64,000 bases of DNA from Burkholderiales bacterium (GTDB lineage Bacteria > Pseudomonadota > Gammaproteobacteria > Burkholderiales > SG8-39). The position numbers and the translations under genes were made by a program. Below, piece after piece: positions 57,718-64,000 of this stretch (positions within the stretch are counted from its first letter, which is position 1; each line of letters opens with the position of its first letter). The DNA lies in assembly GCA_035308765.1 (NCBI GenBank), contig DATGGA010000025.1, forward strand, positions 2,576 through 66,575, given 5' to 3'. The notes below the pieces were generated by a model, which worked only from the letters and a program-made list of their open reading frames with translations, ran no database searches and was not told where the DNA came from.

Positions 57718-59445
57718 GTGAGCCACATTCGCGTCCTGCCGGATCTTCTGATCAGCCAGATCGCCGCGGGCGAAGTGGTCGAGCGGCCCGCTTCGGTCCT
57801 GAAGGAACTGCTCGAAAACGCGCTCGACGCGGGCGCGCGGGAAATCCAGGTCACGCTCGACCAGGGCGGCTTGAAGCGCGTGCAGGTGGACGACGACGGC
57901 GACGGACTTGCGAAGGAGGACCTGCCGCTCGCGCTCGCGCGCCACGCGACCAGCAAGATCGTGACGCTGGACGACCTGCAGGGAGTGGCGACGATGGGGT
58001 TCCGCGGCGAGGCGCTTGCGTCGATCGCATCAGTAGCGCGGCTCTCCATCGCCAGCCGCGCGAAAAGCACAGCCCATGCCTGGATCATCCGGTCCGAGGG
58101 CGGCGGCGGCGGTACCGCAAAGCCGGCGGCGCGCGCGGCCGGCACCACCGTGCTGGTGGAAGATCTCTACTTCAACACGCCGGCGCGCAGGAAATTCATG
58201 CGTACCGAGCAGACCGAGTTCGGCCACTGCGAGGAGACCTTCCGCAGGATCGCGCTGGCGCGCCCCGACGTCGCCTTCACGCTCAAGCACAACGGCCGCG
58301 TCTCCGCGCACCTGCGTGCGCAGTCGATCGGCGAGCGCGCGGCGGCGCTGCTCGGCCAGGAATTCCTGGGCGCGAGTTTCCCGGTCGACGCGCAGGCCGG
58401 GACGCTGCGCTTCTCCGGCCTCGCCGGCACGCCCCAGGCCGCGCGTGAGGGGACAATGCGGCGCGCCGACTCGCAGTACCTGTTCGTCAACGGCCGCTTC
58501 GTGCGCGACCGCATGCTCTCGCACGCGGTGCGCGAAGCCTACCGTGACCAGCTGCACGGCGAGCGCCAGCCGGCTTACCTGCTGTTCTTCGAGCTCGATC
58601 CGCGCGGCGTGGACGTGAACGTCCATCCGGCCAAGATCGAGGTGCGCTTCCGCGACGCGGGCGGCATCCACCAGTTTGTGTTTCACGCGCTCAAGCGCGC
58701 TCTCTCGCCCTCCGCGGCGGAGGCCCCGGTCGCCTATGCGAGAGTCGCGGATTCCGGATCCGGCTTGCAGCAGGGATTCCATCTCGCGCAACCCGCACAG
58801 GCGTACCAGAGCTTCATGGCGGCGGCGACGGCGGCAGCGCCGCTGCCGGCTTCAGAAAAATCCCCGCCCCTCGGCTATGCATTGGCGCAGCTGCACGGCG
58901 TCTACGTCCTGGCGCAGAACGAGGCCGGGCTGGTGCTCGTGGACATGCACGCCGCACATGAGCGCATCGTGATGGAAAAGCTCAAGAAGGGCCTGGATGC
59001 GGGCGCGGTCGCGCGGCAGAACCTGCTGGTGCCCGCGGTGCTGGCCGCGGATGCGCTCGACATCGCGACCGCCGAGGAAAACAGCGAGGCGCTCGAGAAA
59101 CTGGGCCTGGAAACCAGCGTCTCTGGCCCGAACGAACTGGCGGTGCGCTCGGCCCCCGCGCTGCTCGCCGGCGGCGACATCGCGGGACTGACCCGCAACC
59201 TGCTCAAGGAGATACGCGAATACGGCGCGAGCCAAGTGCTGTCGGCACGCCAGAACGAACTGCTCGCCACCATGGCCTGCCACGCCGCGGTGCGCGCCAA
59301 CCGCATGCTCACGGTGACCGAAATGAATGCGTTGCTGCGCGAGATGGAAGAAACCGAACGCTCCGGCAGCTGCAACCACGGCAGGCCGACCTGGTACCAG
59401 CTAACCATGGCGGACCTGGATCGCCTGTTCCTGCGCGGCCAATGA
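57718..59445 (+). CDS. mutL: DNA mismatch repair endonuclease MutL
   Basis: The GTG at 57718 gives (V)[39 protein letters not shown]...FRGEALASI. The C-terminal part is [13 protein letters not shown]...CNHGRPTW. The upstream part of the track ORF is antisense to dedA. Confidence 0.92.
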   Translation: MSHIRVLPDLLISQIAAGEVVERPASVLKELLENALDAGAREIQVTLDQGGLKRVQVDDDGDGLAKEDLPLALARHATSKIVTLDDLQGVATMGFRGEALASIASVARLSIASRAKSTAHAWIIRSEGGGGGTAKPAARAAGTTVLVEDLYFNTPARRKFMRTEQTEFGHCEETFRRIALARPDVAFTLKHNGRVSAHLRAQSIGERAAALLGQEFLGASFPVDAQAGTLRFSGLAGTPQAAREGTMRRADSQYLFVNGRFVRDRMLSHAVREAYRDQLHGERQPAYLLFFELDPRGVDVNVHPAKIEVRFRDAGGIHQFVFHALKRALSPSAAEAPVAYARVADSGSGLQQGFHLAQPAQAYQSFMAAATAAAPLPASEKSPPLGYALAQLHGVYVLAQNEAGLVLVDMHAAHERIVMEKLKKGLDAGAVARQNLLVPAVLAADALDIATAEENSEALEKLGLETSVSGPNELAVRSAPALLAGGDIAGLTRNLLKEIREYGASQVLSARQNELLATMACHAAVRANRMLTVTEMNALLREMEETERSGSCNHGRPTWYQLTMADLDRLFLRGQ

Positions 59446-60185
59446 GCGATCGACGCGTCATTCTGATCACGGGCGGCGGTCGAGGCATAGGCGCCGCCAC
59501 CGCGCGCCTTGCCGCCGAGCGCGGTTACACGGTCTGCGTGAACTACCTGAAGGACCGGGGCGCCGCCGAAGCGCTGGTCAAGGACATCGGCGGCAAGGCC
59601 ATCGCCGTGGCTGGCGACGTCGCTTCCGAAGCCGACGTGCTGCGGCTATTCGAGACCGTGGACGCGAAACTCGGCCGCCTGACGGCGCTGGTGAACAACG
59701 CCGGCATCGTCGCGACCCGATCGCGCGTCGATGCGATCGGCGCCGCGCGCCTGCAGCGCATGATGGCAGTCAACGTGGTAGGCGCGTTCCTCTGCGCGCG
59801 CGAGGCGATCAAGCGCATGTCAACGAAGCACGGCGGCAAGGGCGGCATGATCGTCAACGTGTCCTCGGGCGCCGCGCGCCTGGGCTCGCCGGGCGAATGG
59901 GTGGACTACGCAGCCTCGAAAGGCGCCATCGATACCATGACGCTCGGGCTGTCCAAGGAACTGGCGGACGACGGCATCCGGGTCAATTGCGTGCGGCCCG
60001 GCTTCGTGAATACCGGCATCCACGCCGGCGCAGGCGAGCCCAACCGCATCGACCGCTTCCGCGACAGCATCCCGATGAAGCGCGGCGGGGAACCGGAGGA
60101 AGTGGCGCGCGCGATCCTGTGGCTGCTCTCGGACGAGGCGTCCTACTCCACCGGCGCGATCCTGGACGTCACCGGCGGCCGCTAG
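59442..60185 (+). CDS. SDR family oxidoreductase
   Basis: 247 aa: [15 protein letters not shown] (TGxxxGxG), NNAG, and YAASKGA (YxxxK). It forms an ATGA overlap with the mutL stop. Confidence 0.9.
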   Translation: MSDRRVILITGGGRGIGAATARLAAERGYTVCVNYLKDRGAAEALVKDIGGKAIAVAGDVASEADVLRLFETVDAKLGRLTALVNNAGIVATRSRVDAIGAARLQRMMAVNVVGAFLCAREAIKRMSTKHGGKGGMIVNVSSGAARLGSPGEWVDYAASKGAIDTMTLGLSKELADDGIRVNCVRPGFVNTGIHAGAGEPNRIDRFRDSIPMKRGGEPEEVARAILWLLSDEASYSTGAILDVTGGR

Positions 60186-61090
60186 TGGCCGCGAAGTCCG
60201 TCGTCGCCTATGCCCTGCTCGGTCCGACCGCGAGCGGGAAATCGCATCTTGCGATGCGGCTCGCAGCCGCCCATCCGCTCGAAATCATCAGTATCGACTC
60301 GGCGCAAGTCTATCGCGGCATGGATATCGGCACCGCGAAGCCATCGACAGCCGAGCGCAAGGCGGTGCCGCACCACCTCATCGACATCATTGATCCGACC
60401 GAACGCTATTCCGCGGGACGCTTCCGCGAGGAGGCAATCCGCACGGCCATGGAAATCCACGCCAGAGGGAAGATCCCGCTGTTCGTCGGCGGCGCGATGC
60501 TCTACTACCGCGCACTCTCCCAGGGTCTGGATGAACTCCCCGCGGCGAATCCTGAAGTTCGCGCCTCGATCGATTTGGAAGCGGCGGAGAGGGGCTGGCC
60601 GGCGCTGCATGCGGAGCTGGCGAAACTGGACCTGAAAACCGCCGCGCGGCTCAAGCCGGGCGACGCGCAACGCATTCAGCGCGCGCTCGAGGTCCACCGG
60701 CTGACAGGAAAGCCGATTTCCGGGTTCCAGCTGCGTTCGGAAAACGCTCTGCCGTTCGAACTCAGGGCTTTTGCTCTCGTTCCGGAAGAACGGGCCGAGC
60801 TGCATCGACGCATTGCCGGGCGATTCGACGCGATGTTGAAATCCGGCCTGGTGGAAGAACTGAAGGCGCTGCGGGAAAAATTCCAGTTGAGCGCCGAGCT
60901 GCCGAGCATGCGCTGCGTGGGCTACCGGCAGGCCTGGGAGTTCCTCGAGGGCAGGAGCAGCGAGGAGAATCTGCGCGAAACCGGCATCGCCGCCACGCGC
61001 CAGCTGGCGAAGCGGCAGCTCACCTGGTTGAGGAGCCTGCCCGGCATTCAGCCGGCAGAGCAGCTCGCCGCTGCGCTCAGCCGGGGCTAG
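60185..61090 (+). CDS. miaA: tRNA dimethylallyltransferase
   Basis: The GTG at 60185 shares 1 nt with the SDR gene stop (TAGTG). Motifs: [50 protein letters not shown] and [11 protein letters not shown]. Confidence 0.92.
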   Translation: MAAKSVVAYALLGPTASGKSHLAMRLAAAHPLEIISIDSAQVYRGMDIGTAKPSTAERKAVPHHLIDIIDPTERYSAGRFREEAIRTAMEIHARGKIPLFVGGAMLYYRALSQGLDELPAANPEVRASIDLEAAERGWPALHAELAKLDLKTAARLKPGDAQRIQRALEVHRLTGKPISGFQLRSENALPFELRAFALVPEERAELHRRIAGRFDAMLKSGLVEELKALREKFQLSAELPSMRCVGYRQAWEFLEGRSSEENLRETGIAATRQLAKRQLTWLRSLPGIQPAEQLAAALSRG

Positions 61091-61096
61091 GAGCCC

Positions 61097-62041
61097 CTAG
61101 TCAAGACTGAGCCCGACCTGGCGCGTCACGCGCCGGTAGGCGTCAAGCTGCTCGGCGACGAAAGCGGCAAGTTCCTGCGGCGTCGAGCTGCGCGGCTCGA
61201 ACGCGAGCTTGCCGAAAGCCTCGCGCACCTCCGGCTTGGCGAGCACCGCAGCCAGTTCGCGCGCGACCCGGTCGACGATTTCCTTCGGCAGCTTCGGCGG
61301 TCCGAACAGCCCGCCCCAGGGCGTGATCGAAACCGGCGCAAGACCGGCCTCGGTCATGGTGGGCGCATCGGGCAGCAGCGGGTTGCGATTCGGCAGCAGC
61401 GTCGCCAGCGCGCGCAGCTTGCCCTCCTTTACCTGTGGCGCCAGCGTGCCCGGCGTCGCGATCGAGAGCTGAACCCGCCCGCCCACCAGGTCGATGCTGA
61501 GCGGCCCATCGCCTTTGTAGGGGATGTGCACCATGTCGAGTTTCTGCTGCGCCGCGAACTGCGCGGTCGCGAGGATGCTGGTGGCGTTGCCGGTGCCGTA
61601 ATTCAGCTTGCCGGGGTTGGCGCGCGCGTAGGCCACCAAGTCGCCGATCGTGTTCACCGGCAGGCTCGCTTGCGAAAACACGAAGAAGCCGAAGATGCCG
61701 ACCATGGATATCGGCGTGAAGTCGTTGACCGGGTCGTAGGGCGGCACCTTCTTCGCCGCCGGCGCGAAAGACATTCCGGTGGCAGTGCCGTAATACAGGG
61801 TGTAACCGTCGGCAGGCGCCTGCCGGACGGCCTCCGAGGCGATGATGCCCTCGGCGCCGGGCTTGGTCTCGATGATCACCGGCTGGCCGAGCTGCTGGCC
61901 GAGCGGCTGCGCGAATATGCGCGCGCCCAGCTCGGCTGCGCCGCCAGGCGGAAACGGCACGATCAGCCGGATCGGCTTGCTGGGATATTGGGCTGCAGCA
62001 AGCCCGCAATACATCCCCAAGGCAACGAGAAAAAATTTCAT
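61097..62041 (-). CDS. Bug family tripartite tricarboxylate transporter substrate-binding protein (TctC-like)
   Basis: Start at MKFFLVALGMYCGLAAAQYPSKPIRLIVPFPPGGAAE. Also present: ...KPGAEGIIA...DGYTLYYG. Confidence 0.88.
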   Translation of the reverse strand: MKFFLVALGMYCGLAAAQYPSKPIRLIVPFPPGGAAELGARIFAQPLGQQLGQPVIIETKPGAEGIIASEAVRQAPADGYTLYYGTATGMSFAPAAKKVPPYDPVNDFTPISMVGIFGFFVFSQASLPVNTIGDLVAYARANPGKLNYGTGNATSILATAQFAAQQKLDMVHIPYKGDGPLSIDLVGGRVQLSIATPGTLAPQVKEGKLRALATLLPNRNPLLPDAPTMTEAGLAPVSITPWGGLFGPPKLPKEIVDRVARELAAVLAKPEVREAFGKLAFEPRSSTPQELAAFVAEQLDAYRRVTRQVGLSLD

Positions 62042-62046
62042 TGCCT

Positions 62047-62997
62047 TCACTCCGGCTGTACCCCGGCTTCCCGCAGGATGCGGCGGTAGACCTCCATCTG
62101 CGACTTGGTGAAAGCGCCGAGCTCTTCGGGCGTGGTCGGACTGGTGGGAAACGCCTGCTTGTCCAGCAGGGCGACCACATCGGGGCGCTTCATCGCGTCG
62201 TGGAACTCCTTGTTCAGTCGCAGCTGCGTTTCGCGCGGCAGCTTTGCCGGGCCGTACAACGCGGCCCAGGAGACCACCGAGTATTGCGGCACGCCGACCT
62301 CGGCCATCGTCGGCACGTCGGGCAGCAGTGCGGAGCGCGTCTTCAAATTGGTGGCGATGGCGCGCAGCTTGCCGTCCTTGAGGTGCGAGAGTCCCGTGGT
62401 CGGCGTCGCCCACATGGCCTGCACGCGGCCGCTGACGAGGTCGGCGATGCCCTGCGGCTCGCCCTTGTAGGGCACGTGCGTCATGTCGATGCCGGTAAGC
62501 GAATCCATCTGAGCGAACGATACGATGCCGGTCGTGTTGCCGGTGGCGTAGTTCAGTTTACCGGGGTTCGCCTTGGCGTAAGCCACCAGTTCCCGAAACG
62601 ACTTTATCGGCAGATCGGCGTTGATATACAGGAAAAACGTGTATCGGCCGACATCGGTGATCGGCGTGAAGTCGGCGATGGGATCGTAGGGCGGCACCTT
62701 TCTCATCGCCGGCACCACGGCCATCGGGCTGTTGGTCGCCATCAGCAACGTATAGCCATCGGGCGCAGCCTTCGCCACTTCGGCGCCGGCGATGGCGCCG
62801 TCGGCGCCTGCCTTGTTGTCGACGATCACCGGCTGGCCGATTGCCGCGGACACCGACTGGCCGAGGATGCGGGTGATGGTGTCGGTCGCCGAGCCCGCGG
62901 GGAACGGCACCACGATGCGGATAGGCTTGCTCGGATATTGCGCGAACGACGGCGCCGCAAACAGCAACGCAGCCGCCAGCACCAGAAAACGCCTCAT
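62047..62997 (-). CDS. Bug family tripartite tricarboxylate transporter substrate-binding protein (TctC-like), tandem paralogue
   Basis: Start at MRRFLVLAAALLFAAPSFAQYPSKPIRIVVPFPAGSATD. Also present: ...KAGADGAIA...DGYTLLMA. Confidence 0.88.
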   Translation of the reverse strand: MRRFLVLAAALLFAAPSFAQYPSKPIRIVVPFPAGSATDTITRILGQSVSAAIGQPVIVDNKAGADGAIAGAEVAKAAPDGYTLLMATNSPMAVVPAMRKVPPYDPIADFTPITDVGRYTFFLYINADLPIKSFRELVAYAKANPGKLNYATGNTTGIVSFAQMDSLTGIDMTHVPYKGEPQGIADLVSGRVQAMWATPTTGLSHLKDGKLRAIATNLKTRSALLPDVPTMAEVGVPQYSVVSWAALYGPAKLPRETQLRLNKEFHDAMKRPDVVALLDKQAFPTSPTTPEELGAFTKSQMEVYRRILREAGVQPE

Positions 62998-63054
62998 GAA
63001 GGTCTCCTCCCTCTCGGCGGCAATTATAGAATGTCCGCGACACGGAGAACCAAC

Positions 63055-63966
63055 ATGCAGATCGGCATAGTCGGACTGGGCAGGATGGGCGCGAACATGG
63101 CGCGGCGGCTGGCGTGCGGCGGCGTGCGCGTCGTCGCCTGCGACCGCGACCGGGCGGCGCGCGAGGCGCTCAAGGAAGAAAAGAACGTCGAACTCGTCGA
63201 GAGCCTCGCGGCCGTCGCAGCGCAGCTGGCCGGCGAGCGCGTGATCCTGGTCATGCTGCCTGCGGGCGCGCCCACTGAGGACACGCTTGCCGAGCTGCTG
63301 CCGCTGCTGTCGGCGGGCGACACCCTCGTCGACGGCGGCAACGCCTTCTACAAGGACACCATGGCGCGCGCGCTGGAACTCTCGCAGCGCGGGCTGCGCT
63401 ACATCGATGCGGGCGTTTCGGGCGGCGTGCACGGCCTCGCCAACGGCTACTGCCTGATGCTCGGCGGCTCGCCGAAATCGATCGAGATCTTCGAACCCTA
63501 CGCCCGCATCCTCGCCCCGGCGCCCGAAACGGGCTGGCTGCATTGCGGGCCCAGCGGCGCCGGGCACTTCGCCAAGATGGTGCATAACGGCATCGAGTAC
63601 GGGATGATGCAGGCGCTGGGCGAAGGTTTCGCGCTGCTCGCGGCGCGCAAGGAATTCGGCTTCGACCTCGGCCGGCTGGCCGACACCTGGCGCCACGGCA
63701 GCGTGGTGCGCGGCTGGCTGCTCGACCTGTGCGCGGAGATACTGGCGCAGGACGAGGACCTGCAGGCCGTCGCGCCGGTGGTCGCCGACTCGGGAGAGGG
63801 CCGCTGGACCGCGCTCGAATCGGTGGAGCTCGGCGTGCCCACGCCGGTGATCACGATGGCGCTGATGGCGCGCTTCTCCAGCCAGGGGAAATCCGATTAC
63901 TCGAGGAAGCTGCTCGCCATGATGCGGGCCAAGTTCGGCGGGCATGCAGTCAAAAGCAGCGCATGA
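63055..63966 (+). CDS. gnd: decarboxylating 6-phosphogluconate dehydrogenase, short (~300 aa) form
   Basis: Internal ATG with a GGAG SD: MQIGIVGLGRMGANMARRL...GGNAFYKDT...DAGVSGGVHG...GAGHFAKMVHNGIEYGMMQA. Confidence 0.88.
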   Translation: MQIGIVGLGRMGANMARRLACGGVRVVACDRDRAAREALKEEKNVELVESLAAVAAQLAGERVILVMLPAGAPTEDTLAELLPLLSAGDTLVDGGNAFYKDTMARALELSQRGLRYIDAGVSGGVHGLANGYCLMLGGSPKSIEIFEPYARILAPAPETGWLHCGPSGAGHFAKMVHNGIEYGMMQALGEGFALLAARKEFGFDLGRLADTWRHGSVVRGWLLDLCAEILAQDEDLQAVAPVVADSGEGRWTALESVELGVPTPVITMALMARFSSQGKSDYSRKLLAMMRAKFGGHAVKSSA

Positions 63967-64000
63967 TCGTCGTGGTGATGGGCGTCTCCGGGGCCGGCAA
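63963..64000 (+). CDS. gntK: gluconokinase, N-terminal 12 codons only (runs off the window)
   Basis: ATGA overlap with the gnd stop. MIVVVMGVSGAG is the start of the gluconokinase P-loop (GVSG(S/A)GKS). The position after gnd supports the call. Confidence 0.55.
   Translation, partial: MIVVVMGVSGAG

Overview
This is a high-GC, very gene-dense chromosomal segment. Gene content looks betaproteobacterial: tandem Bug/TctC receptors, birA-coaX-SPOR, xseB-ispA-dxs and ribF-ileS-lspA-ispH. That taxonomic call is inference only. I can support about 65 protein genes, one tRNA-Thr(CGU), two REP-like elements and several hairpin terminators. I saw no rRNA, CRISPR array, transposase or integrase.

Most of the window is core. 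It holds ugpB (partial), an amidase and a D-amino-acid/peptide utilisation cluster (M81 peptidase, D-aminoacylase, Dpp-like ABC transporter). It also holds birA-coaX, ispH/lspA/ileS/ribF, a TRAP transporter, murJ and rpsT. Further genes are a basic-amino-acid decarboxylase with argD-argF/argG, yajQ, folE2, dxs-ispA-xseB, sseA and tsaE-amiC. The right end holds mutL-SDR-miaA, two Bug receptors and gnd-gntK (partial).

Two parts look accessory.
(i) A 2.6-kb, visibly lower-GC cassette at 2759-5344 is bracketed by inverted copies of a 35-nt REP-like hairpin element. It carries a tcmP / DUF5131 (Gp37-Gp68, three-Cys) / DUF2283 operon next to the stump of a large restriction-modification enzyme, with an SOS-box-like site in the promoter. 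This is my best candidate for an uncharacterised nucleic-acid modification or defence module.
(ii) A tRNA-Thr-linked minor-pilin operon (pilE-like, fimT, pilV, pilW, pilX, pilY1) encodes a 1750-aa PilY1. About 600 aa of inserted repeat modules sit between its N-terminal vWA-like part and its C-terminal propeller part.

Recurrent small-scale oddities:
- divergent gene pairs whose start codons are 0-24 bp apart;
- -10-like hexamers abutting start codons;
- convergent genes sharing overlapping stop codons;
- genes whose best-looking N-terminus lacks a canonical start codon.

Many long ORFs in the track are antisense shadow ORFs typical of high-GC DNA. All homology calls are from reading the translations and from memory of the families; no searches were run.
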